In this document: piece by piece, positions 39,744 through 49,889 of the stretch | How the letters are laid out: each line of letters opens with the position of its first letter | How positions within the stretch are numbered: the stretch's first letter is position 1 | Assembly (NCBI GenBank): GCA_965216875.1 | Contig: OZ244207.1 | Coordinates: 6,176,001 to 6,240,000 of the forward strand | Reading direction: 5' to 3' | DNA from: Rubripirellula sp. | Lineage (GTDB): Bacteria; Planctomycetota; Planctomycetia; Pirellulales; Pirellulaceae | Length of the DNA: 64,000 nucleotides | The notes under the pieces: generated by a model | Told to the model about the DNA's origin: nothing | Seen by the model: only the letters and a program-made list of their open reading frames with translations | The model's database searches: none | Translations under genes and position numbers: made by a program

Positions 39744-40994
39744 CTAGCTGCCGGCGGTTGGCAGGTTGGCGTGGGTATCGGGGCCAAAGTAGCGCAAACC
39801 AACAAGTGGCTCACTGCCCGTGTTTTCAATCTCAACACCAGCGGTCGCCGCCTTGTGTGAAATGAAGACTTCGTCCGTCGTGTTCTCGCCAAAGCGAATC
39901 ATCGCCGGCGTTTGCAAATCGAGCGAGCCGATCCGTCCTCGACCTTGAACCGTGATCCAGCTACTTGCACCTGGATCCTGCAGAGTGCATTTGGCTCCCG
40001 GCGCGAGCGTCAACTCTTTGGCGCTGAAAAGCTGGCGTCCATCAACGGTACCGTAGACGATCCATAAATCTTCGTATCCCTCGCCGCTGCGATCGTCATC
40101 ACGAACGGGTTCGAGATAATTGCTCTGTTTGAAGTGGGTATCGACGTTCTTGTCCCAATCGAGTTGGCCGACAATGAAGTCGAGGTCCTGGTGTTTGTCT
40201 TCTGGCATGTCTTTGACCAACAACGACCAAGGTACATAACGACCTTCGACAATCGACTGGTACATGCCAAAGACATCGCTGCCCCATTGCGGTTCGTATG
40301 TGCAAAGCGAACCCGGAGCGTGAAGCACGCCTGGTGGGATCAACCAACCTGTGCCCCGTTTGAGACGGTAGGCGCGGCTGAGATCAAGCATGCCGTTATC
40401 GCCGGCGTTCCAGTTTTCCAAACAGAGACGAACATCTTCGGGTGTCGTACCGGGCTCAAGCCCCATGAACGTGTAGGCAAAGTTGTTGTCAACATTGTTC
40501 AATTGAGGCGGGAAGTAGTAACTTTCCGGCTTGCCCTCTTGGCCGACCAAAGCCGCATCTTCAAAGCTTTGATGCATGTGGTGCGGAATGGGGCCCATGT
40601 TGTCGAAGAACTTGGAGTAGACGGGCCATCGTTTGTATTCGTCAAAGATCTTGGAACCGACAATGTCCGCGCCGCGTTCTTCGACCGCATCTTTCAGCAA
40701 AAACTTTTTGCCCTCGAAAAGACAAAAACTCAGACCTTCGTGCCATACGCGACCCTCGTTGGCCGCTTCGGTCGTGCTGCCGAACCAGCGTTCGTCGATG
40801 CCACCGCGGTCGGCACCAAACCGATAGTAGTCGCCGGGGTGCAACTTGATGCGGCGGCCAGGATGCAGAAAGGAACGCGGCACCCAAGTGGGCGTAAGTC
40901 GCAACAGGCCTCCGCCCGCATCGAGTGCTGAATCGAGAACGGACGCAACGCTGTCACCTTTGATCAGCCCTTCGTCCAAATTCACCGTGCTCAT
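39744..40994 (-). CDS. Cupin / phosphomannose-isomerase-like protein
   Basis: ERWF, KFFD..GPIPHHMH, KPESYYF, IPPGVLHAPG, YEPQWGSD resemble the type I PMI metal site. Confidence 0.7.
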   Translation of the reverse strand: MSTVNLDEGLIKGDSVASVLDSALDAGGGLLRLTPTWVPRSFLHPGRRIKLHPGDYYRFGADRGGIDERWFGSTTEAANEGRVWHEGLSFCLFEGKKFLLKDAVEERGADIVGSKIFDEYKRWPVYSKFFDNMGPIPHHMHQSFEDAALVGQEGKPESYYFPPQLNNVDNNFAYTFMGLEPGTTPEDVRLCLENWNAGDNGMLDLSRAYRLKRGTGWLIPPGVLHAPGSLCTYEPQWGSDVFGMYQSIVEGRYVPWSLLVKDMPEDKHQDLDFIVGQLDWDKNVDTHFKQSNYLEPVRDDDRSGEGYEDLWIVYGTVDGRQLFSAKELTLAPGAKCTLQDPGASSWITVQGRGRIGSLDLQTPAMIRFGENTTDEVFISHKAATAGVEIENTGSEPLVGLRYFGPDTHANLPTAGS

Positions 40995-41233
40995 GGATTT
41001 CGTCTTTTTCGGTTGGATGGGCCAGGCAGGAAGTTTGGGGACGACAATCGGCCCGTGTGGTGGCGTCGTCGGAGCTCATTGTTTTATTAGCTGATCCCGC
41101 GCGGTACAAGATTGCGAGCGATTGTCGCAGCCTATTGACCGCTAAAACGTCGCGAGCGGCCTTGCGTTTGCCGATCGCGTTGGCACACTGGTCAGGCTTC
41201 TTTATGACCCGTTTTTGTTCGGCTGAATCCCGC

Positions 41234-42412
41234 ATGACCACTCAAACGTCCACGCATCGCCATCTCGACGATCGCTCCGACAGCATCCAATGGGATGCGC
41301 AATCGCCTCTGACCATGCAAATCGAGACGCGTGCAGGGACAATCACGACCAAGCATGGGCGATTTATCGGCGGTGCAGCCGACCAAGTTGAGGTGATTGA
41401 GGTCGATACGGGCGCGGCCAGAGTCATGATTCTGCCGACCCGCGGGATGTCGATCTGGAAAATGGATGCCGGTGGCGTCACTTACGGTTGGAATTCGCCG
41501 GTTGCTGGCCCAGTTCACCCATCCCAGGTACCCGTTTTCGATCCCAGCGGCATTGGCTGGCTCGAGGGTTTTGACGAATTCGTCGTACGTTGCGGGCTGC
41601 ACAGCAACGGTGCGCCAGAGCATGATGACGCAGGACACTTGGTCTATCCGTTGCACGGACGGATTGGGAACCTGCCAGCCGATTCGCTTTCGATCGAATA
41701 CGACGAAGCGTCAGGGCGACTGGAGGTGATCGGCGAAGTGGTCGAATCGCGACTCTTCATCGGCCGGCTGCGTCTGCGAAGTCGTACACGGTTTCAAGCG
41801 GGCAAGCCCGACGTCGAATTGCTCGATGACGTGACCAACGATCTTTCCAAGCCCGCCAAGATGCAGTTGCTGTACCACATCAACATGGGCGCCCCCGTCC
41901 TGGGGAACGGTTCAGTCCTCGATGCTCCCGTCGAATCGCTGGCACCCAAGGATGACCTTTCGGCAAGCGAAATCGATTCTTGGAACAAGTATGGTCCGCC
42001 TCAATCGGGTTACGCCGAACGGGTCTATTTCGCTCGGCTGCACGCCGATGATTCGAAACGGACGGCAGCCATGCTCAAGAGTCCCGATGGTGATCGTGGA
42101 CTGGGTGTTCGGTTTCATGTCGGCGGATTGCCACGGTTCATTGTTTGGAAAAACACCGCGGCGGAAACCGATGGTTATGTGACCGGCATCGAACCGGCTA
42201 CGAATTTTCCGAACACACGCTCGTTCGAGGAAAACCAAGGACGTGTCGTCGAAATCCGCCCTGGCGATACCGCAGCCTTTCGTGTCTCGCTGCACCCACT
42301 GGTCAATGAAGAACAGGTCGAAGAGTTCGCGACCGGAATTGAGAAGTTGCGCGGTGATCTTGCGAGTGAGATTCACGACACGCCGCGGCCAGGATGGAGC
42401 CCCGGTGCCTAG
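41234..42412 (+). CDS. Aldose 1-epimerase family protein (DUF4432)
   Basis: PTRGMSI, CGL...GAP, LHGRIGN, LYHINMG, YVTGIEPATNFP. Confidence 0.85.
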   Translation: MTTQTSTHRHLDDRSDSIQWDAQSPLTMQIETRAGTITTKHGRFIGGAADQVEVIEVDTGAARVMILPTRGMSIWKMDAGGVTYGWNSPVAGPVHPSQVPVFDPSGIGWLEGFDEFVVRCGLHSNGAPEHDDAGHLVYPLHGRIGNLPADSLSIEYDEASGRLEVIGEVVESRLFIGRLRLRSRTRFQAGKPDVELLDDVTNDLSKPAKMQLLYHINMGAPVLGNGSVLDAPVESLAPKDDLSASEIDSWNKYGPPQSGYAERVYFARLHADDSKRTAAMLKSPDGDRGLGVRFHVGGLPRFIVWKNTAAETDGYVTGIEPATNFPNTRSFEENQGRVVEIRPGDTAAFRVSLHPLVNEEQVEEFATGIEKLRGDLASEIHDTPRPGWSPGA

Positions 42413-42415
42413 TGG

Positions 42416-43009
42416 CTATTTGACCGATTCGCCGTGGATTCGGAAGATTGCGAAGTGACTGGCGCCCCTTGGGCCAACACCGCCTGGATACTTGTACTTT
42501 TCCGTATCGACCTTGAATTTGCCTTCGACGGTAACGGGCCGAGTCACGAAATCGGTCGTCTTGCCGGGGACCATTTCGATAATCACGCAATCAAACAACG
42601 CGGCGCCCGGTCCAAAGCAACATTCTTGATTGTCCCGCACCAGCACAAACTGATCGATGTCGGTCTCTTTGAACAACGTGGCTGGCAAGATGTAGCCGCG
42701 AAGTTTGACCTTCTTTCCATCGAGTGATTTGACATCCTTGTTCAACATGCCCTTCTTGAACGGCTGATCCTTCTCGATCTCAAACTTGAGGTCATCGAAA
42801 TTGATTTCGCCCTTCTTGCGAGCTGCATCGCTGCTCTTTCGGTCAATCACCTCGTTCTTGCCACGAGGAACCACTTCACGAGGATTGGATTGTTCTTGAT
42901 CGTTTTCGACAGCGTAGGTCGCTGTGGGTTGAGCGACATCTTGTGTGCCAACCAGCAGGGTAGCGGCAAAGGCAAAACCACCAGCAAGCAACAGGCGAAC
43001 GGATTTCAT
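42416..43009 (-). CDS. DUF3299 domain protein
   Basis: LDGKKVKLRGYILP...FVLVRD..ECCFG...V.G.F; signal peptide. Confidence 0.8.
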   Translation of the reverse strand: MKSVRLLLAGGFAFAATLLVGTQDVAQPTATYAVENDQEQSNPREVVPRGKNEVIDRKSSDAARKKGEINFDDLKFEIEKDQPFKKGMLNKDVKSLDGKKVKLRGYILPATLFKETDIDQFVLVRDNQECCFGPGAALFDCVIIEMVPGKTTDFVTRPVTVEGKFKVDTEKYKYPGGVGPRGASHFAIFRIHGESVK

Positions 43010-43185
43010 CTCGATTGACTCACCAAACTGAGTTGGGCTACGCGACCAGACGGGAAAGACCCTCGTTTCGGACAACCCTCGTTATAGCCCGTTATAGTCG
43101 GAACAAGTGTCTTGGTGACATACCAAACCAACCCCAATCGAGTGGGGGGCGGACCGCTGAAGGCGGAAGTGTGAGCCGCCAGTTC

Positions 43186-43240
43186 GTAGTACCGGCTTTA
43201 GCCGGAATCTTCATGCTCTTCCGCCTAAAGGCGGGACTAC
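43186..43240. repeat. GTAG-type REP doublet
   Basis: GTAGTACCGGCTTTAGCCGG...CCGCCTAAAGGCGGGACTAC. Confidence 0.82.
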
Positions 43241-43258
43241 AAACGGCAAAGATCGCGA

Positions 43259-43933
43259 CTAGCGGATGTAGTCGACTTTCATCCGGTAGAAGATTTTGTT
43301 GTCAAAGTCAGTGATGTTGTAGCCTTGGTTGACCCGAAAACTCCCGGCAAGCTTTTTCTTGATCAATCCTGCCTTGGTGGTCAATCCACCGCCCAAGGTG
43401 ATCTCGATCATATCGCTGCTTTTCGGTTGGCCACCAAAACAGCAAGTTCCAAGGTCAGGAACCAAAATGAACTGCCGCAACATTCCCGACCCAGACGAGG
43501 GGTGAATGTAACCTTTGAGAAAGACATCTTCACCGTCGATTTCGAGCGCTTTCGAGGTGGGGCCTTCCAGAGCACCCTGTGGCGTCTGTAGCTCCCAGAA
43601 CCCGACTCGCGTGTAACCATCGGGAACTTCGGTCAGGTAGATGTAGGTATGCAAGCCAACACCGCCGCCGAGGAGCAAAAGATTGGCCATCAAGCCGAAC
43701 TTCGCCAGGCTCTGGCCGCTGAATTCGTTTGGATAGCGCCGAATCGCTCGGAAACCCACGACTGCGGCAATGGCGCCAATCGGTGCCAGCACGAGCAACG
43801 CCGAGAAGAAGGGAAAAAGTCCTGGAAGCGCCAACGCGAAAAACACGACCGACGTCACAGCCCCTCGGCTGATCGCTCGGTAGGGAAACTCGTTCGAATC
43901 TTCGGCTGAAGAGACGGGCAACTCGGCTGACAT
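43259..43933 (-). CDS. DUF4190-like TM region plus DUF3299-like domain protein
   Basis: AIRR.P....G..LAKFG TM module; IDGEDVFLKGYIHP...FILVPD.GTCCFGG. Confidence 0.75.
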   Translation of the reverse strand: MSAELPVSSAEDSNEFPYRAISRGAVTSVVFFALALPGLFPFFSALLVLAPIGAIAAVVGFRAIRRYPNEFSGQSLAKFGLMANLLLLGGGVGLHTYIYLTEVPDGYTRVGFWELQTPQGALEGPTSKALEIDGEDVFLKGYIHPSSGSGMLRQFILVPDLGTCCFGGQPKSSDMIEITLGGGLTTKAGLIKKKLAGSFRVNQGYNITDFDNKIFYRMKVDYIR

Positions 43934-43977
43934 TTTTTACTCTGTGAACAAAAAATCGGCCGTCGAAGCACCGAGCG

Positions 43978-45366
43978 TTATTCGCTCGCGGGCTGGGGAC
44001 CGCCGGAAAGCAACAAGAATTGGAGAATCATGGCCGAAGCCATCGCCAAAGCCAATACGTAGCCTAGTCGCCAAGGGTTCGCTGGCGAGCCCGAAACCAG
44101 ATCAGCAACCTGCGGGACTTCGGCCAATGACGCGGTTGGGCCGGCTGGAAGGGTCGAGCCTCCATCGCCTGGCCGGGTGTCGGTCGCAATCGCCGCCAAA
44201 CCCTCTTTGGATTCATCTTCTACCGACGAGGTGCTCGGTTCCGTTTCGCGTGCAGGAATCGGAATCGTGAAGAAACTGTTAGCGCGTTTGATGCTCTCGG
44301 GATCCACCTCCTCAAGCTCCTTCAGGACCGCCTCCGCTTCCGGCTTGGGACAGGCTCGCAGGTATTGGACGACCGGAACACGCACCCAGTTGTTGTCTTC
44401 GTCTGCTTCGAGGAACAATCGCTTCAAGCGATCGATCTGGCTCCAGTCGCTCCAGCGTGCCAGGTCGGGAATCACAAGGTCTGCCAAGTCGGGGCGTTCC
44501 AACACATGGTGCAATGATTCGACGAGCGCCGTACGTGGGATCACACCACCTTCGGTCCCGTGGAAACGAATCGCCATGATCGCGGCATAGGTGTCGGCGT
44601 AGGGTGCTTTCTTATTGGCCAGGAAGAGTTCGTCGACGAGCGACAAACCTGATTCACCTGAAAGCGTCAGGTAACACGCGATCAAGGCATCGAGGCCGCC
44701 GCGCGTGCTCTTCTGAGTGCTGCGCAACATCTTTTCCAAAAACGGCAAGTCACTCTCATCGCCGCAAACACCAAGCATCGTCAAATAGAGACGCTTGCGG
44801 TCCGTCGTTAGCTCGGGATCGCTCAACCATTCGATGAGCTGGCCACGATCGATTTCAGGCGCGAGTTTCTTGATCGCGTCGTAAGGTGCGATTGCGAACT
44901 CGTCGTAGGTATCACGAGCGAGAATCGATTCGCTGTCGTGAAGGTGCTTGTAATAGAACTTCAGTCGCTCGACCGGGTCGTCCCCCAGTTCAGCAACTTT
45001 GCAGATGTAATCCTCGGCATGTTGGCTGACCGGCAAACAGGACCATTGCATGTCATCAGGATCGACCCCGGTCAACATGAAACGACGACCGATCGAAACA
45101 TCGCCGTAGTAGGTTGCGACGATCTCCTGGCCCACACGGACGTGCTCGCCACCTTTCAAGACCTTTTCGATCTTCATCAGGACATCGCCCGACTCTTTGT
45201 TTCGAGTCGCATCGGACTGAATCGATTGAGCGATCACCACCGCGTCCATCACTTCCATCTCTTGTCGCAGCGTTTGCGAGACTGCGTTGCAGAAGGGACA
45301 GGCATTTGCGATCGAAGCAGGAACCAGGAAGGTTGCTACTAGCAGCAGGGCAATCGCGCGTCGCAT
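43978..45366 (-). CDS. Conserved hypothetical exported protein (N-terminal CPFC, HEAT-like body, C-terminal TM)
   Basis: Signal peptide ending ANA|CPFC; helical body; C-terminal hydrophobic anchor. Confidence 0.82.
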   Translation of the reverse strand: MRRAIALLLVATFLVPASIANACPFCNAVSQTLRQEMEVMDAVVIAQSIQSDATRNKESGDVLMKIEKVLKGGEHVRVGQEIVATYYGDVSIGRRFMLTGVDPDDMQWSCLPVSQHAEDYICKVAELGDDPVERLKFYYKHLHDSESILARDTYDEFAIAPYDAIKKLAPEIDRGQLIEWLSDPELTTDRKRLYLTMLGVCGDESDLPFLEKMLRSTQKSTRGGLDALIACYLTLSGESGLSLVDELFLANKKAPYADTYAAIMAIRFHGTEGGVIPRTALVESLHHVLERPDLADLVIPDLARWSDWSQIDRLKRLFLEADEDNNWVRVPVVQYLRACPKPEAEAVLKELEEVDPESIKRANSFFTIPIPARETEPSTSSVEDESKEGLAAIATDTRPGDGGSTLPAGPTASLAEVPQVADLVSGSPANPWRLGYVLALAMASAMILQFLLLSGGPQPASE

Positions 45367-45979
45367 AACGGCATCTTCTCGGGAGGTGGATGGTTGGTTG
45401 TGATCGGGTGGCCGCAAAGCGCCAACGATCACTGTGTGGCCAGCCAGTCACTGGGTGGCCGGGCAATCACAGGGGATCCGCGGCAGGGTATTCGAATGAA
45501 CCCCACAAAGGAGATTCTAGCTCTTTTACCCAATGCACCTCTTCCAACCTTTGCGTCAACCTTGCTCTCTGGCAAAGAGAGTTCAGTTGTTCAGGTGATT
45601 CGGTGTTTCCCAATGATAGGTGGCACCTACCCCCGATGAGAAGTCGTTCTTGGCAATTGATGGCATTTCCGGTGGCGGCTGCGGCGTAAATGGCGTGCTC
45701 GCAGTGGGGCTGGCTGGCCGAAACCGTGAAAATAGACCGGTTGCGAAGAATGTCGGGAAAGCGGGGCTCCGTTTCGGTTCGAAAACGCTCCCTGAACGAC
45801 TCAACCGGTGCTACCGCATCTGCCGATAGTGACGGTACGTCGGGTTGATTGTGCGTCCCGTAACTCTGATCGCGCGTCGACTTGGTACCCATATGAGCGC
45901 TGGCCGTGGACCAGCGAATTGAATTCACACGCAACTGGCCCGTAAAACCTGGGTTGGGTGCTTCGAGGGGGAAGCAGTG

Positions 45980-46303
45980 ATGATCCGTCATCTTTTGATT
46001 GCCGCCGTGCTCTCATGCAGCTACGTGGCCATGACTGAATCGGCTTCGGCTGATCAGCGCGCTTTTGGACGCAGTTGGGGGGGCCAGACTGACTTCCGTG
46101 ATTGGAATCGGTTCTATCACTACCCCTATGTTTACTATCCCCAAAACTTCTGGGGACAAGAATACTTCCGCAGCAGCGACAGCTTGTACCACCGCTATCC
46201 GCCAGAGATGCGCATCCCGGTTTACAACAAGCGTTGGCACAACGCGTACCCAAGCAATCGCCGCTTCCACAAGGGCCACCACTTCATCTTGGACACGTTC
46301 TAA
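45980..46303 (+). CDS. Small secreted Tyr/His/Trp-rich conserved planctomycete protein
   Basis: Signal peptide; FYHYPYVYYPQNF...HRYPPEMRIPVYN...GHHFILDTF; followed by a terminator. Confidence 0.8.
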   Translation: MIRHLLIAAVLSCSYVAMTESASADQRAFGRSWGGQTDFRDWNRFYHYPYVYYPQNFWGQEYFRSSDSLYHRYPPEMRIPVYNKRWHNAYPSNRRFHKGHHFILDTF

Positions 46304-46344
46304 GATCGATTTGGAAACTTGCCGAAAGCTAAAACGAGTTTGAT

Positions 46345-46373
46345 AGGGGCGTCCGCAAGGACCGCCCCTTTCT
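46345..46373 (+). terminator. Rho-independent terminator
   Basis: AGGGGCGTCC-GCAA-GGACCGCCCCT followed by TTCT. Confidence 0.7.
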
Positions 46374-46505
46374 GCTGTTGGTCCCATTCTGCTGTTGATC
46401 CCAGCGGTAGGTCTTCCGCAGGACGCGCGTTGGCGCGAGCATCGCGTGCCGGCCAATGAAGCGACTAAACTGAGATTGGGCGTTTCGTGACTGCGGCAGA
46501 ATCTT

Positions 46506-47897
46506 ATGGCGACGGGAACCAAGTTCAGAAACTTTGCGCGAATGTTGGATGCTTCCGACGTTCCGCTCTGGATCATTAGCTCCTCGGGAAAGCTTGTTTA
46601 TCTTTCCGCGGGCGTTGAAACTTGGCTAGGAATTGATCCCGAATCGCTGCTTGATCGTCATTGTGTTGCGGGCACACCTCTTTCCGATGATCCACTTGAT
46701 GCTGTCGCCGCATCAATGTCTCCACCGCCAGGCCTGCGAGAACGCGGCACCGCTTCGCTTAAAGTGCAGCCGCCAAGTCATGATGGGCGTCGCATCGAAT
46801 CGATGGAAGTTCGATTTGTGCGGATCGGAAAACAAGACCCAATGACCATCGCCGTCGCGGGCGAGTTTGATGACCGTGTTTTGGATCACGACCTGCACGA
46901 TGCGGTCGCTGTTCGCAACAAGCTCGATGCTTGGCGAAAACACCACCGACAACTCGCCGCGATCGCCACCGCGGGCGTCTCGAACCAATCGCGGAGGTTA
47001 CGATCACGGCTTCAAGTCGCTTCCACCGCGCGGTGCCACATTGCCTTCTTTGGACCGCCTGGGAACGGTGCCGAATCGATCGCCCTTCGAGTCCACCAGA
47101 GCTCTGCACCCGGCGAGCCGATTGTGACAGTCGATGGTCCGCTGATGGACGCCGAATTGCTTGACGCAATGGTGATGCCTTTGATCCATCGCTTGGCCGA
47201 CGCGAACGATGCAACCGCAACTGCGCTGATCCGTGGCCTGGACGAAATGCCATCGGAAGCCCAAAACCGGCTCGCCGAATTGGTCGCGTCCTATTCACCG
47301 CGACTTCGGTTGCTCTGTCTTTGCGGCGAGTGCCCCGAAGTCATGCGCGAGCCACTCGATCGATCGGAAACAGAGATAGCCGAAGTCAGTCTCGAAGAAG
47401 ACCCACGGGGAAAAATCCACCCTGGGTTGCAAGATGTGGTTAGCACATTGACGGTGACTTGCTATCCGTTGGCCCAGCGTGTCGAAGACATCCCGTTGCT
47501 TGCTGCGGCAATGGTCGATGCCCGCCATGCCGCCGGCGATGGAACGGCTCAGCGCCTCAGTCGAGCGGCGCTCGATGCCTTGGTCAGCTATCCATGGCCA
47601 AAGAACTTCGATGAACTTAGCGACGCGATGCGACATGCCGTGCGGACTGCCAATCGTGAATCGATTGGTGTCGAACACCTGCCACTGGCCATTCGCTCGT
47701 ATCGAACCGGCGAAACCAACCGCGCCGCTAAATTCGTCGGTTCCCTCGATGAAGCCGTCGGACGTTACCAACAACGTTTGATCAACGAAGCCGTCGAGGC
47801 GGCCGATGGCAATCGCGCCGAAGCCGCACGACGACTCGGCATCAGTCGTGCCCGATTGCTCCGAAAACTCGACGAAGCGGATGGCAAGAGTGATTGA
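46506..47897 (+). CDS. Degenerate sigma-54-activator-like regulator (PAS-like, AAA+-like, Fis HTH)
   Basis: PL..R.EDIPLL, Y.WP.N..EL, GNRAEAARRLGISRARLLRKL; Walker A and GAFTGA degenerate. Confidence 0.8.
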   Translation: MATGTKFRNFARMLDASDVPLWIISSSGKLVYLSAGVETWLGIDPESLLDRHCVAGTPLSDDPLDAVAASMSPPPGLRERGTASLKVQPPSHDGRRIESMEVRFVRIGKQDPMTIAVAGEFDDRVLDHDLHDAVAVRNKLDAWRKHHRQLAAIATAGVSNQSRRLRSRLQVASTARCHIAFFGPPGNGAESIALRVHQSSAPGEPIVTVDGPLMDAELLDAMVMPLIHRLADANDATATALIRGLDEMPSEAQNRLAELVASYSPRLRLLCLCGECPEVMREPLDRSETEIAEVSLEEDPRGKIHPGLQDVVSTLTVTCYPLAQRVEDIPLLAAAMVDARHAAGDGTAQRLSRAALDALVSYPWPKNFDELSDAMRHAVRTANRESIGVEHLPLAIRSYRTGETNRAAKFVGSLDEAVGRYQQRLINEAVEAADGNRAEAARRLGISRARLLRKLDEADGKSD

Positions 47898-48291
47898 GTT
47901 GCCACCCGAGATGGCCCACATTCGGCCTTGGGTCATTAGCGACCCGAGTGGACGGTGGCTTGAAGGAGCTCGCCGGTTTGCCCCCCAATTGACCCCCAAA
48001 CCTCTGGTGGCCTCCGTCACCGAAGCGACCAGCGACCAAGCGACCGCGCGAATTCGGGCCGAATCCAAGGGGGTCGTTCTGTGGGCCACACAACCGAATC
48101 AGTTTGCGGAACTCTGTGATTGCGTCGGTCGAGCAGCGATCGAGCGCCCAGAACTGCTCCGTCTTGTTGCCGTCGAAGGGCTATCCAACGACGAACTTCT
48201 TGTTTTGGGTGAGTTCCAGGTTTCGGCGATCGTTCGACATCCCGAGCAGCTTCCGGGACTCAAGGCGATGATTCGACGCTATTTCGCGTAG
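47881..48291 (+). CDS. Hypothetical protein
   Basis: ORF overlapping the end of the regulator; start uncertain. Confidence 0.55.
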   Translation: MARVIELPPEMAHIRPWVISDPSGRWLEGARRFAPQLTPKPLVASVTEATSDQATARIRAESKGVVLWATQPNQFAELCDCVGRAAIERPELLRLVAVEGLSNDELLVLGEFQVSAIVRHPEQLPGLKAMIRRYFA

Positions 48292-48544
48292 ACCTGATCA
48301 AGCTGCGACAGCGACGCAGATCCGGCATTTAGATCACTCTTTCCCCGGCGTTCCGCGTGTCGTTTACGGCCCGTCGCGACCATCACGCTCTGGCGAGCAT
48401 AGCTACGGTGATGGGGGCCCGAACGCGGGCGGATTTGCCAACTACTGGACAATCTCTACCCTGACGTGCGACCCTTTGGTCTGCGCGAAAGCCATTCTCG
48501 GCCTCCAGACGGCTACCAACTCAAGATCCAACCAGCCACTCATC

Positions 48545-49639
48545 ATGAACAAGCCAACGGTCGAATCCGTTCGTCAACTCATCGGTCAACACCCTGATCC
48601 CGAAACGGGGCGCCCCTTGGAATCGACCGGTCAACTGGGCGATGTCGCGGTTGACGACACAACGATCAACGCGACGATCGGGTTGAGTTCCCATTCGGCG
48701 CCCATCAAGACCGAAGTTTGCGATGCAATTGAATCGAAGTTGGTCGCACAACATCCGGGTTGCAAAGTCAACTTGAACGTCATTGACCACGAACGGCCAC
48801 CCGCGCGTGTGGGCCAAATTGGTTTGCGAGCCAAAAGTGTGATCGCTGTCGGCAGTGGAAAGGGCGGCGTTGGCAAGAGCACCGTCGCCGCATCACTCGC
48901 ACTGACACTGCGCCGGATGGGTTCCAAAGTGGGCTTGATGGACGCCGATGTGTATGGGCCAAGTATTCCTCACCTGCTTGGACTGACCGGTCGTCCAACG
49001 GTTTCAGACAACAAGACGATCGAACCGATTCAATTGACCGGTCCATCAGCGGGTGGCGACATGCCAGTGATGTCGATGGGCTTTTTGGTTGAACCTGATC
49101 AAGCGGTCATCTGGCGCGGACCCATGCTGCACGGTTCGATCAACCAGTTTCTAAGCGACACCGATTGGGGACCACTCGATTACCTGATCATCGACATGCC
49201 TCCGGGCACCGGTGATGTTGCGCTGACCCTTTCACAAGCGATCCCACTTGCCGGCAGCGTTGTCGTTTGCACACCCCAAGAAGTGGCGCTGCTTGACGCG
49301 ATCAAGGCGATCAGCATGTTCCGCAAAGTGAACATCCCCATTCTTGGTATGGTCGAAAACATGAGCGGCTTCTTGTGTCCGGATAACGGCAAGACATACG
49401 ACATCTTTGGCCGTGGTGGAGCAAGAGAACGCGCTGAACAGACCGACGTGCCCTTCTTGGGCGGTTTGCCCATCGACATCAAGCTTCGAACCGCGGGCGA
49501 TGAAGGTCGGTTGGCCGAAGTGATCGAGTCGGACGAGGCTGCTCGAGCTCCGATCGATGCCATCGCAACTGCGCTTGTCCGAAATCTGGCTTCACGGTCG
49601 GCCGCCAGTCCCCCGAAACCAAGCCTGCCCACGCTGTAG
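48545..49639 (+). CDS. mrp: Mrp/NBP35 (ApbC) Fe-S cluster carrier ATPase
   Basis: DPE N-domain, GSGKGGVGKST, DADVYGPS, IWRGPM, DMPPGTGD, ENMSGFLCP. Confidence 0.93.
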   Translation: MNKPTVESVRQLIGQHPDPETGRPLESTGQLGDVAVDDTTINATIGLSSHSAPIKTEVCDAIESKLVAQHPGCKVNLNVIDHERPPARVGQIGLRAKSVIAVGSGKGGVGKSTVAASLALTLRRMGSKVGLMDADVYGPSIPHLLGLTGRPTVSDNKTIEPIQLTGPSAGGDMPVMSMGFLVEPDQAVIWRGPMLHGSINQFLSDTDWGPLDYLIIDMPPGTGDVALTLSQAIPLAGSVVVCTPQEVALLDAIKAISMFRKVNIPILGMVENMSGFLCPDNGKTYDIFGRGGARERAEQTDVPFLGGLPIDIKLRTAGDEGRLAEVIESDEAARAPIDAIATALVRNLASRSAASPPKPSLPTL

Positions 49640-49642
49640 TTT

Positions 49643-49770
49643 GTGGTATCGCCTTCAGGCGGAATGCGAGAGTCTCGGCTCCGCGGGAGCGTCGCCCTCC
49701 CAAAACCGCCTGAATCACGGCTCCGCGGGAGCGCCCTCCCAAATCGAGCGTCACTCTCCCCAAAACCGCC
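49643..49770. repeat. REP-like repeat cluster
   Basis: CGCCTTCAGGCGG hairpin; two copies of CGGCTCCGCGGGAGCG(TCG)CCCTCCC and a degenerate third. Confidence 0.75.
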
Positions 49771-49784
49771 TGTGGCGCATAAAG

Positions 49785-49865
49785 AAAGCCGCCCCGGGAG
49801 ACACTCCCTGGTGCGGCTTTTTGTTCAACGTCGGGCAAGCGGCTTCGATTAAGAAATCGAAGCCG
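49785..49865. terminator. Two hairpins between convergent genes (bidirectional terminator)
   Basis: AAAGCCGC..GGGAG/CTCCC..GCGGCTTTTT and CGGCTTCGATT-AAGA-AATCGAAGCCG. Confidence 0.65.
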
Positions 49866-49889
49866 GCAAATTGCCTTTCGTACAGTTTA

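Noticed and set aside
45467..45991. 174-aa minus-strand ORF between divergent genes
   Set aside because: No recognisable motif and its start overlaps the plus-strand gene; cannot be supported, though a shorter version is not excluded
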